NCBI GenBank assembly: GCA_036821485.1
Contig: DAISJM010000005.1
Coordinates: forward strand, 16,815-80,814
Direction of reading: 5' to 3'
DNA from: Verrucomicrobiota bacterium
GTDB lineage: Bacteria; Verrucomicrobiota; Kiritimatiellia; CAIQIC01; JAGNIJ01
Length of the DNA: 64,000 bases
Position numbers and translations under genes: made by a program. Below the pieces are notes generated by a model. It made no database searches. It saw nothing but the letters and a program-made list of their open reading frames with translations, and was not told the origin of the DNA. Positions within the stretch are counted from its first letter, which is position 1. Each line of letters begins with the position of its first letter. This document shows positions 16,883 through 25,229 of the stretch, piece after piece.

Positions 16883-18121
16883 ATGACCATGTCACGCATT
16901 GCCTATCTTGTGTTGCCGGCGTTGGCGCTGATGGCGGGGTGCAAAACCACCACGTTGAAAAAGCCTGCGGTGCAGCCTGCTGCCGTGGTTCAGCCATTGC
17001 CTGCCGTCACCACGAATACCCCGGCCGCGGTGACACAGCCTTCACCCAAGGCCGCCCGGCGCCAGGCGGAGCGCGAGGCGGAACAGTATCGCGACGAGGT
17101 CCGTCGGCTGGAGAAAACGGTGGCCGGCCAGCGCGAGACCCAGGAGAAGCTCAACGCCAAGATTCGGGCTGTTCAGCAGCAGATTCAGCAGGCGCAGGAG
17201 GAATTGCAGCGGTTGCAGGGCGGTACGCTCGACTCGGACGTGCGCTTGGCGAGGAACGAGACAGCCCTTCAGAAGCTCAAGGACAATTCCGGCTTGCCGG
17301 AAGGGGCCGCTGGTCGCGAAGCAGCGCTGAAGAAGACGATCGCAGAAGAACAGCGGAAGGTCAGCACGCAGGAGATCCTGCTGGAACAGAAGGAGCGGGA
17401 AATACGCGATCTGCGAGAGGCGATTTCCGCTCGCGACGAGCAGTTGAAGCAGAAGACGCCGGTGGCGGAGCCGCCGTCCGTGGTTACCAATGCGCCCGCG
17501 CTCGCAGTGACGCCGAAACCCACGCCGGTTCCGCCGGCGGTGGTGTCGACCGCCGTACCGCCGCGCGTTGTCGCTGCCCGGTTGGTGACCGATGGACAGC
17601 AACTGGTGAAGGAAGGCAAACTGGCCGCGGCAGAAGATTGCTTCACGCGTGCGCTGGCGCTCAACCCCAAGCTGGATGATGCGCGATTTGGTTTTGCCTC
17701 GTGCCGCTATGCCACGGGAGATGTGGCGGGTGCAAAGAAGGCGCTCGATGAATTGCTGAAGAGGAATAAGAGGCACGGTCCCGCGCTGGGATTGGCCGGG
17801 ATCATCGCCCTCAAGCAAAACGATTTGCGTACGGCGAGGGACCGCTTTGAGCATGCGGTGAAGCGGAGCCCGAAAGATGCGCGGCTGCATACGAATCTGG
17901 CCATTGTCTATGATGGCATGAGGAAGAAGAAAGCAGCGCTGAGGGAATTGCGAAAGGCCGTAGCTCTTGATCCGAACCTGGCGGAGGCGCGGTTCAACCT
18001 CGCCATTCTCCTGGTGTCGGAGAAGCCGCCGAAATTGACCGAGGCCAAGCACCACTACCAGACCGCTCTGCAACTGGGGAGTACGCGTGATGAGAGACTT
18101 GAAAAGATTCTGTACCAGTAA
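16883..18121 (+). CDS. Lipoprotein with coiled-coil region and C-terminal TPR repeats
   Basis: Lipobox LPALALMAGC, a charged coiled-coil (AEREAEQYRDEVRRLEK...), a Pro-rich linker and TPR-like repeats (ALALNPKLDDARFGFA...; AVALDPNLAEARFNLA). Confidence 0.65.
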   Translation: MTMSRIAYLVLPALALMAGCKTTTLKKPAVQPAAVVQPLPAVTTNTPAAVTQPSPKAARRQAEREAEQYRDEVRRLEKTVAGQRETQEKLNAKIRAVQQQIQQAQEELQRLQGGTLDSDVRLARNETALQKLKDNSGLPEGAAGREAALKKTIAEEQRKVSTQEILLEQKEREIRDLREAISARDEQLKQKTPVAEPPSVVTNAPALAVTPKPTPVPPAVVSTAVPPRVVAARLVTDGQQLVKEGKLAAAEDCFTRALALNPKLDDARFGFASCRYATGDVAGAKKALDELLKRNKRHGPALGLAGIIALKQNDLRTARDRFEHAVKRSPKDARLHTNLAIVYDGMRKKKAALRELRKAVALDPNLAEARFNLAILLVSEKPPKLTEAKHHYQTALQLGSTRDERLEKILYQ

Positions 18122-18131
18122 TCAAAACCCG

Positions 18132-19466
18132 ATGAACCTGTGCTCGTGGGTGCTGGCCGCCGCGTTGTGGCTATCGGCGATGTCCGGGGCATGGGCGGAG
18201 GAAGGCGCCGTGCCGCCTTTGCAGGAGGCATCGGATGCCTATGTTGCGCTGGTGCAGGCCGACCAGGCACGGGATCGCAGCGATTGGAAGGCGGCGGCGC
18301 AGGGGTACCGCGAGGCCACCCAGCGTTACACCAAGTTGAACAAGCAATATCCAACATGGGAGCCCGACATCGTTCAGTATCGCGTGGCCTATTGCATGAA
18401 CCAGATCGAGGTGATCGGCCAGAAGACGGGGGTTTCCAATCCGATGCCCGCGACAACAGAGGTGACAGCCGCCCCGGTCGCGGCAGCGGCCACCGCCGCG
18501 ACCAAGGCGCCTGCCGGCGATTCATATCGCGAGCGCTACCTGGCGATGCTCGAAGAGAATCAGTACCTGCGCCAGCGCATGGCCGAATTGCAGGGCGCGG
18601 CGGATGAGGGCGGTGGGGACGCAGAGCTGCCGGCGCAAACCAATGCCGAGGTGATTGCAGATGGGGTTCAGGATGTGCCTGTGGAGCAGGAACTGGCCGA
18701 GGTATTGAAGGAGAACGCGGGGTTGAAGTCGCGCGTGCGTGAACTTGAAGCAAGCGCAGAGGGTGCGTCGGCAACCAATCCGGTCATGGAATCCCTGAAG
18801 GGACAGATGGATGCGGTGCGTCGCGAGAATGTTGAATTGAAGAAGGCGTTGCATGACGCCGTGTCCACGGGCGGGGCTGCTCCGGTGGCCTTGATGCCCG
18901 ATGCCACCGATGAATTCCCCAACCTTATGCGTGCAGCACTGGCGCAGGAGCGGCAGGGCAATTTCCCGGCAGCGCTCCATATCTACGAGCGTGCGGTGGC
19001 GCTGCGTCCGGCGCATGCAGAAGCGGCCCGGGCGAAAGCGCGATGTCTGCTCCAGCAGGATCGTGTCAGCGAGGCGATGGGCGTGTTGCAGGGCGTCCTC
19101 GCCCGAAATCCCGGCGACAACCGGGCGCGCCTGCTGATGGGTATTGCATCATGCAAGGCTGGGCTGTTCAGCGACGCTGCGGAAGTCTTGCGGCCGGTGC
19201 TGCAGACCGATCCATCGAACGCCCGGACGCAGAACGCGATGGGCGCGGCCTATATGGGGCTTGGGGATTTGCAGGCGGCGCGTGTAACGTTGGAGAAGGC
19301 GGTTTCGCTCGATCCCGGCTTGGGCGACGCCCAGCTCAACCTCGCGCAGGTGCTGGCGGTGGGGCCCCAGGCCGATCGCTTGAAGGCCCGGGAACATTAC
19401 GCCAAGGCGATCGAGCTGGGTATGTCGGCGGATCCCGCCCTTCAGCAGATTCTCAACACACCGTGA
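18132..19466 (+). CDS. Secreted coiled-coil/TPR repeat protein (paralogous architecture to preceding gene)
   Basis: Signal peptide MNLCSWVLAAALWLSAMSGAWA, a central coiled-coil and C-terminal TPR repeats (AVALRPAHAEAARAKARC...; AVSLDPGLGDAQLNLAQV). The ORF begins at 18087 and the signal-peptide Met is at 18132. Confidence 0.65.
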   Translation: MNLCSWVLAAALWLSAMSGAWAEEGAVPPLQEASDAYVALVQADQARDRSDWKAAAQGYREATQRYTKLNKQYPTWEPDIVQYRVAYCMNQIEVIGQKTGVSNPMPATTEVTAAPVAAAATAATKAPAGDSYRERYLAMLEENQYLRQRMAELQGAADEGGGDAELPAQTNAEVIADGVQDVPVEQELAEVLKENAGLKSRVRELEASAEGASATNPVMESLKGQMDAVRRENVELKKALHDAVSTGGAAPVALMPDATDEFPNLMRAALAQERQGNFPAALHIYERAVALRPAHAEAARAKARCLLQQDRVSEAMGVLQGVLARNPGDNRARLLMGIASCKAGLFSDAAEVLRPVLQTDPSNARTQNAMGAAYMGLGDLQAARVTLEKAVSLDPGLGDAQLNLAQVLAVGPQADRLKAREHYAKAIELGMSADPALQQILNTP

Positions 19467-19488
19467 AGTAGATCTCGGTGCGGCGCGG

Positions 19489-21207
19489 CTACTGATTCCA
19501 TCTGACCCGATCGGTCAGGAACAACTGGTCCATGTTGCCGAGGGGGAACCCCTGCGTCAGGGGGAAATCGCTCGGGATTCGGCCTTCCTGGATGGGGAAC
19601 CATGTCTTCTCGGGGCCCATGAGGAGCCCGCGAACAAAGGGTTTGTCCCTCGTGATCGTGGTGAAATAGAGGCCGCTGACCTTCTTGTGGAAATCGTTGA
19701 TCTCGTAGAAATCATCCACCGTATCCGGCAGGAGCAGCGAATTCCGGTTGCCGTACCAGGCCGTGGCCCATGGCATATCCGTGCAGATCATCTCCTCCGG
19801 CGTCAGCATCTTGCTCACGTGCATGATGAACGGCGGGAAGTAGGGTGGGTAAGGCATGGGCGCGCGCGGCGGCAACATGGTCAGGATGAGTGGCATGGCG
19901 CCCAGCAACATGAAGAGGGCGGTCAGCGCCAGGTTATATAGACGGACGCGCAGTTGCAGGCGGTCGAGCAGGATGAAGAAGAATGCAAGGCCGTAGACAA
20001 TGATCAGGGGCCAGAACATGTGAAGCAGGCGGATGGTGGATTCACCGAAAGCGCTGGCCACGATGGTGAGCAGTGCCATGGAAAGGGCCATGCCCCAGCG
20101 GAGCACGTGTACCGCGGTTCTCATGAAACGGTAGAAGAACGCGGTGAGGAAGAAGCAGATGAATAATCCGTCGCCGAGCGAGCGGATCGAGCCCTGGTAG
20201 AACTTCGCGATATTCTCCATGGCGCGGCCCTTGACCTCGCCGAGCAGCTTGCCGGGCGTGATGGCCGGGGAGAGGTCCCTCTCGAAGGTCGAGTTGCCGG
20301 GAGTCACGGAGGCATCGAGCGTGGTGTAGGGGGCGAGGCCGAAGGGGCTGCCGCTGACCATGACGTTACGCACAAGCCACGGCGAGGCCAGGACCAGGAA
20401 GACGACCACGAATCCGGTTGCCCATTTCCATCCGTTGCGCGGAAAGAGCAGGCCGATCATCAGCGCGATGCCGGGCACGAGCGTCGCCGCAGCATAACGG
20501 GTCCAGAACGCCATCGCGCACAGCACAACCGATGCGGCGAGCGCCATCATCCACTTCATGGCCGGCGCGTCTTCCTCGCGCAGGAGAACGGCCAGTGTCG
20601 TGGCGTAGAGGGCGGCGGTGGCCAGGAAGGTGACAAAGGAAACACTGAGGCCGGAGATGCTGTCGCTCCAGACGGTGTCGCTCAGGAAAAACATGGTTAC
20701 CGCGAGCAACGCCATGCGCCGGTCGAAGAGGCGACGTGTCATCAGGAAGAGGATGATGCCGGTGAGCAGCGTGAAGAGATGGCACATGGGGATGACCACC
20801 CATTGCTCGGGGGCGAACATGGCGGAGACCTTGTCGCTCACGAACGAGGTGCCTGAGAGTTTGAAGCCGGCGGCCAGCACGGCGGGCCAGAGCGGTGCGT
20901 GCAGAATGTCGGGATGCGCATCAATCTGTGCCTTGTGCTGACTCGAGTTCTTGACCAGGTACCACATGCTGGCCGGGCGGACACACTGGGTGATGAATCG
21001 GCCGTGCGTCATCAGGTTGCGGCCCAGTTGGGCGTTGTCCATCGCCTCGGGATCCTTCAATCCGCGGAACTGCGTCGCGGTGTAGAGGAGCATGACGATC
21101 AGGATGAAGAGGATATAGAGACCGCCCTTGATGAGGCGCAAGCCGATGCCCACGTCCACGTTGTAGACTAGGTTCTGAATCCTGTTCTCAAACGGTTTTG
21201 CGGCCAT
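19489..21207 (-). CDS. Polytopic membrane protein, GT-C fold glycosyltransferase-like (PMT/ArnT-like family 39/83)
   Basis: 572 aa, ~12 TM segments. The early periplasmic-loop motif DNAQLGRNLMTHGRF resembles the GT-C (ArnT/PMT) signature loop. No cytoplasmic catalytic domain. Confidence 0.55.
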   Translation of the reverse strand: MAAKPFENRIQNLVYNVDVGIGLRLIKGGLYILFILIVMLLYTATQFRGLKDPEAMDNAQLGRNLMTHGRFITQCVRPASMWYLVKNSSQHKAQIDAHPDILHAPLWPAVLAAGFKLSGTSFVSDKVSAMFAPEQWVVIPMCHLFTLLTGIILFLMTRRLFDRRMALLAVTMFFLSDTVWSDSISGLSVSFVTFLATAALYATTLAVLLREEDAPAMKWMMALAASVVLCAMAFWTRYAAATLVPGIALMIGLLFPRNGWKWATGFVVVFLVLASPWLVRNVMVSGSPFGLAPYTTLDASVTPGNSTFERDLSPAITPGKLLGEVKGRAMENIAKFYQGSIRSLGDGLFICFFLTAFFYRFMRTAVHVLRWGMALSMALLTIVASAFGESTIRLLHMFWPLIIVYGLAFFFILLDRLQLRVRLYNLALTALFMLLGAMPLILTMLPPRAPMPYPPYFPPFIMHVSKMLTPEEMICTDMPWATAWYGNRNSLLLPDTVDDFYEINDFHKKVSGLYFTTITRDKPFVRGLLMGPEKTWFPIQEGRIPSDFPLTQGFPLGNMDQLFLTDRVRWNQ

Positions 21208-21271
21208 AGCGTCTCCTCAATGATCCGGGCCAAGCGCGCATAGTAACTCGACCGGGCGGGATCGAAAAAGC

Positions 21272-22657
21272 CTAATCTCCGGGCGGTGTGTTGTCCGCAT
21301 CCTTCTCGCGCAGGCCATATTCGTTCAGCTTGCGGTGCAGGGTGCGGCGGCTGATGCCGAGTTGGGCGGCCGCCTTTGTGCGGTTGCCTGCGTGGTGTTT
21401 GAGTGCGTCGGCGATCATGCGTTTCTCGGCGTCCTGCAGGGACAACTCCGCGCCGGCGGTGGCCGCGGGGCGGTGGGGTAGCGCCGCCTTAAGCTGGGCT
21501 GGAATATCACGGACGCTGAGCTTGTCGCCCCGGCAGAGCACGACCATGCGCTCCATCGCGTTGCGGAGTTCGCGGACGTTGCCGGGCCACGGATAGGCGG
21601 CCAGCAGTTCCATGGCCTCGGGCGTGATGCCGGAAATAGCCTTGTTGTTCTCCCTCGCGAGCGTGGTCAGGAACTGCTGCACGAGCAAGGGGACATCGCC
21701 CGGCCGCTCGCGGAGCGGCGGCAGATGGATGACCATGACATAAAGACGGTAAAAGAGGTCTTCGCGGAAACGGCCTTCCTCCACGAGCTTCTTGAGGTCG
21801 CGGTTGGTGGCCGCGATGAGGCGGACGTCGACATCGACCGTGTCTTGCCCGCCGACACGTTCGAATTTCCGTTCCTCGAGCACGCGCAGGATTTTGACCT
21901 GGGTGTTCGGATCGATCTCGCCGATTTCATCGAGGAAGAGGGTGCCGCCGTCGGCGAGTTCAAACCGTCCGCGCCGGCGCTCCGCGGCGCCGGTGAAGGC
22001 GCCCTTCTCGTGTCCGAACAGTTCGCTCTCGAGAAGGTTGTGTGCAAGCGCGGCGCAATGGACGGGCACGAAGGGGCCCCGCGCCTGGGCGCTCATGCGG
22101 TGGATCGCCTGGGCCACCAGTTCCTTGCCGGTGCCGCTCTCGCCCTGGATCAGTACGGTCGCGCGCGAGGGCGCAACCTGGCGGATCGTGTCGAACACTT
22201 CTCTCATGGCCGGCGACTGGCCGATCATGCTTTCCATGCCGAACTTGGCATCGAGCTGTTCATGCAGCCGGCGATTTTCGGTCTCCATCTCGCGTCCGCG
22301 GAGCGCGCGCTGGAGCAGGAGCTCGAGGCGATCGAGGTGGACCGGCTTGGTGAGAAAATCGTAGGCGCCCCGCTTCATCGCCTCGACGGCAGTCTCGATG
22401 TTGCCGTAGGCGGTGAGCAGGATGCAGACAGGGGCGGGGGTGCGGGCGAGCGCCCGCTGCATCAGGGTCAGCCCGTCCATGCCGGGCATGCGGACATCGC
22501 TCAGCATGACGTCCACGTTGTGCTCGCCGAGCAGAGCCATCGCGCTTGTTCCGCTCTCGGCGAGGAGGATGTCGTAGTTGCGGCGGAGTGCGCGGGCGAG
22601 GCCCTCGCGTGTGTTCTTCTCGTCGTCGACAATGAGGATGAGAGGTTTGCGGTTCAT
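21272..22657 (-). CDS. Sigma-54-dependent response regulator (NtrC family: receiver + AAA+ + HTH)
   Basis: Receiver LIVDDE...DVRMPGMDG, AAA+ GESGTGKE, GAFTGA motif, ESELFGHEKGAFTGA, and C-terminal HTH RTKAAAQLGISRRTLHRKL. Confidence 0.9.
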   Translation of the reverse strand: MNRKPLILIVDDEKNTREGLARALRRNYDILLAESGTSAMALLGEHNVDVMLSDVRMPGMDGLTLMQRALARTPAPVCILLTAYGNIETAVEAMKRGAYDFLTKPVHLDRLELLLQRALRGREMETENRRLHEQLDAKFGMESMIGQSPAMREVFDTIRQVAPSRATVLIQGESGTGKELVAQAIHRMSAQARGPFVPVHCAALAHNLLESELFGHEKGAFTGAAERRRGRFELADGGTLFLDEIGEIDPNTQVKILRVLEERKFERVGGQDTVDVDVRLIAATNRDLKKLVEEGRFREDLFYRLYVMVIHLPPLRERPGDVPLLVQQFLTTLARENNKAISGITPEAMELLAAYPWPGNVRELRNAMERMVVLCRGDKLSVRDIPAQLKAALPHRPAATAGAELSLQDAEKRMIADALKHHAGNRTKAAAQLGISRRTLHRKLNEYGLREKDADNTPPGD

Positions 22658-23850
22658 GTGGAGACTCCGGGCGCAGTCTGTCCCGATGGGCGATGTGCCT
22701 TGAGCAGGCGGATGCGCCGCTCATCGCGGGGCAGGTACAGGGTGAACGTTGTGCCGATACGCGGCTCGCTTTGCACTTCGATCTGGCCGCCATGGTCCCG
22801 CACGATACGTTGGACGATCATCAATCCGAGGCCGGACCCCTCGGCCTTGCTTGAGTTGTAGGGTTCGAAGATGTGGCTCAGGTCCTCCGGGGGAATCCCC
22901 GGGCCGGTGTCCTTGAACGACACGGCGACAAACCGGTCCGTGGAGCCCGTCTGGATGCGGAGCAGCCCGCCCTTGGGCATGGCCTGGATCGCGTTGCGGA
23001 TGATGTTGAAGAAGGCCTGCTTGATCTGGGCGATGTCCATCTGGACGGCCGGCACATCGTCGGCCGGCTCCACTTCGACGAGCACGTCGCGGTCGTGGAT
23101 CTCGTGTTTCAGAAATTCGAGCGTATCCCGGAGGACCTGGCCCACGTGTGCCTTTTCGAAATGGGGTTGAGTCGGGCGGATCGCGCGCAGGAATTGCGAG
23201 ATGATGCGGTCGAGTCGCGACACTTCCTTCTTGGCGACCTCCACCAGTTCGCCCAGGTTCTGGCGGTCGCCCTCCGCGAGATGGGCGATATCGCGTTCGA
23301 TGAGCTGCAGATGGATGTTCAGCGAATTGAGCGGATTGCCGATCTCGTGGGCGACGCCCGCGGCAAGAAGCGTCAAGGCGTTGAGCTTTTCGGACTCGAT
23401 CGTCTGGGCCTCCTTCTCGCGTTCGCTGGTGATGTCGCGGAGGATGACGACGGCGCCGCGGCCATCCTGTTCGGCGGCGGCCAGCGGGACGACGTAGAAA
23501 TCCACGAAACGGTGTTCGGGGTAGGAAATCTCGATTTCGCGGCTGACGAGGTGTGCCCATTCCTCTTCGTCGAGCTGGAGGATACTCTCCCAGTCCATGT
23601 CGCGCAGGTAGCGACGGATGGGCTGCCCCTCCACGCCCTCGCGCGGCAGTCCGAGCATGGTGGCGGCGGCGCGGTTGGCATAGACCACGCGGGCCGCTCC
23701 ATCGAGCACGATCAACCCCTCGCGCACCGCGTTGAAAATGGTCTCGAGCAGACCCTTCTCGCGGGCGAGCCGGAGGAAGTGCGTTTGCAGGCTTCCGGGA
23801 TCCAGCTTGTCCAGCCGATCGATCAATTTATCGAGGAAAGCGGTCTTCAT
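22654..23850 (-). CDS. Sensor histidine kinase (PAS + HisKA + HATPase_c; cytoplasmic, NtrB-like)
   Basis: PAS-like N-terminal half, H-box AAGVAHEIGNPL, N-box FFNIIRNAIQAM, and G-boxes DTGPGI and GSGLGL. It overlaps the regulator gene by 4 bp (ATGA), so the two are translationally coupled. Confidence 0.85.
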   Translation of the reverse strand: MKTAFLDKLIDRLDKLDPGSLQTHFLRLAREKGLLETIFNAVREGLIVLDGAARVVYANRAAATMLGLPREGVEGQPIRRYLRDMDWESILQLDEEEWAHLVSREIEISYPEHRFVDFYVVPLAAAEQDGRGAVVILRDITSEREKEAQTIESEKLNALTLLAAGVAHEIGNPLNSLNIHLQLIERDIAHLAEGDRQNLGELVEVAKKEVSRLDRIISQFLRAIRPTQPHFEKAHVGQVLRDTLEFLKHEIHDRDVLVEVEPADDVPAVQMDIAQIKQAFFNIIRNAIQAMPKGGLLRIQTGSTDRFVAVSFKDTGPGIPPEDLSHIFEPYNSSKAEGSGLGLMIVQRIVRDHGGQIEVQSEPRIGTTFTLYLPRDERRIRLLKAHRPSGQTAPGVST

Positions 23851-23949
23851 GAAAACAAGGCAGCCTCAAGCTCGACTGCATATTGTTACATCATGTGAAA
23901 AGCGCAAATCAAAAATCCGGCTGTGCGGGTTCGGACCGCGTTCCGATCT

Positions 23950-23979
23950 TTGACATTCGGGGGCGGCGTATGCTATGTT
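23950..23979 (+). promoter_or_regulatory. Candidate sigma-70 promoter (TTGACA-N18-TATGTT) upstream of the HNH gene
   Basis: TTGACA at 23950-23955 and TATGTT at 23974-23979, in the AT-richer divergent region between the histidine kinase (-) and HNH (+) genes. Confidence 0.45.
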
Positions 23980-24012
23980 CCGCGCCTGTATATTGATGTT
24001 TGAGGGTGTGAG

Positions 24013-24627
24013 ATGTCGGAGTCTGCTGGTCAGCAACTGGTGCTTGTGCTGAACCGCCTGTGGCAGGCCGTCAATGTCTGTACGGCGGAGCGGGCACTCG
24101 CTTTGCTCTACACCGGCCACGCGCAAGTTGTCTACGAGGGCGAGACCGGATTCAACACCTTCTCCTTCCGCGAGTGGTGCGACTTCTCCGAGTCCTATAA
24201 CGACCAGGCCGCCGTCAGCACGATTTCGCTCCGGATCCGGGTGCCCCGCATCATCCTCCTGTTGTTCTTCGACCGTATACCGAACAAGGAGGTCAAGTTC
24301 ACCCGGCACAACGTGTTCGAGCGCGACAAGAACACGTGCCAATACTGCGGCCACAAGTTCGACCGCAAGGATCTCAACATCGACCACGTGGTGCCGCGTC
24401 TGCGTGGCGGGCTGACGACGTGGACCAACGTGGTCTGCAGTTGCGTCGACTGCAACCGCCGCAAGGGCAGCCGCTCCCCGGAGGCCGCGGGCATGCACCT
24501 GATCCGCAAGCCCAAGAAACCCCGGTGGCGTCCGTTCGTTGAAATCCAGTTCCTGAAGACGACGGATCACAGCTGGCGGCACTTCTTGGATTTGGCTTAC
24601 TGGAACGTGGAACTCGGCGACGACTGA
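24013..24627 (+). CDS. HNH endonuclease family protein (widespread ~200-aa family)
   Basis: N-terminal LVLVLNRLWQAVNV...ALALLYTGHAQVV domain followed by HNH zinc-finger nuclease motifs CQYCG...NIDHVVPRLRGGLTTWTNVVCSCVDCNRRKG. Confidence 0.8.
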   Translation: MSESAGQQLVLVLNRLWQAVNVCTAERALALLYTGHAQVVYEGETGFNTFSFREWCDFSESYNDQAAVSTISLRIRVPRIILLLFFDRIPNKEVKFTRHNVFERDKNTCQYCGHKFDRKDLNIDHVVPRLRGGLTTWTNVVCSCVDCNRRKGSRSPEAAGMHLIRKPKKPRWRPFVEIQFLKTTDHSWRHFLDLAYWNVELGDD

Positions 24628-24806
24628 GCCGCCCTTGGTGTCCCTCGTCTTTTCCACCCCGAAACCATGTTGACAGGAGGCCTCTTTTTTTGGTTGAGAG
24701 GGAAGGGGCGGGTCTATAGAGTCGCGCGAATAAATCGGCCGGGCCTCGTGGTGGGCGACGGGCCGCCACCGTGGTGCAGGCATTAAGTAAGATATGGAGG
24801 CGACCG

Positions 24807-25100
24807 ATGGCAGTGGACGATGAAGCTGGTGTGTATGCGATGGGGCAGGGCTGCTCCGTACATGGCGATGAGCACATGAGGGAGTGCAGCATGTGCGGCA
24901 CGGAATTCTGCCGCAAGTGTTTCCCGAAGACCTCTGTTTGTCCTGATTGCGCCGAATCGGATGAGGACGAGGATGAGGACGAGGAAGAAGATTTCGACGA
25001 CGAAGAGGATGAGAAGGACGAAAAGGAAGACAAGGAAGACGCCAGGGAGGACCTTCCGGGTGGCGGGATGATGGATGACGGGGACGACCGGCGTTACTAA
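24807..25100 (+). CDS. Small Cys-rich (zinc-ribbon-like) protein with poly-acidic C-terminal tail
   Basis: CSVHGDEHMRECSMCGTEFCRKCFPKTSVCPDC (four Cys pairs), then ESDEDEDEDEEEDFDDEEDEKDEKEDKED encoded by purine-rich GAN repeats, and its own strong terminator at 25126-25159. The opposite-strand poly-Ser ORF (24374..25033) is judged to be a shadow. Confidence 0.45.
   Translation: MAVDDEAGVYAMGQGCSVHGDEHMRECSMCGTEFCRKCFPKTSVCPDCAESDEDEDEDEEEDFDDEEDEKDEKEDKEDAREDLPGGGMMDDGDDRRY
24958..25050. repeat. Purine-rich GA(N) low-complexity triplet repeat (encodes the D/E tail)
   Basis: gaggacgaggatgaggacgaggaagaagatttcgacgacgaagaggatgagaaggacgaaaaggaagacaaggaagac. Confidence 0.8.
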
Positions 25101-25125
25101 ATTGTCCGGATAGACTTTACGGAGA

Positions 25126-25159
25126 CGGGCCGCGGCACAGCCGCGGCCCGTTTGTTTGT
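25126..25159 (+). terminator. Rho-independent terminator (11-bp GC stem, ACA loop, TTTGTTTGT tail)
   Basis: CGGGCCGCGGC-ACA-GCCGCGGCCCG followed by TTTGTTTGT. It sits between the small acidic protein gene and mutS. Confidence 0.8.
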
Positions 25160-25229
25160 GGGGCCGTGACAACGGACGCCCCTTCCGCTATCCTTTATCA
25201 CTCGCGCAGTCGCGGAGGTTCTGCGAAGC

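Noticed and set aside
16774-18774. ORFs 16774..17679 +, 17042..18073 - and 18055..18774 - overlapping the TPR lipoprotein genes
   Set aside because: Alternative frames or antisense of the coiled-coil/TPR genes. Extreme Arg/Gly/Pro composition.
21725-23898. + strand ORFs (21725..22861, 22873..23898) and - strand 22721..23560 across the two-component system
   Set aside because: They are antisense or frame-shifted relative to a textbook NtrC-like regulator and histidine kinase whose motifs are intact.
24374-25033. 219-aa minus-strand poly-Ser ORF
   Set aside because: It is the reverse-complement reading of the GA(N) repeat. The + strand frame has a Cys-rich zinc-ribbon head and a dedicated terminator, so the minus ORF is judged a shadow.
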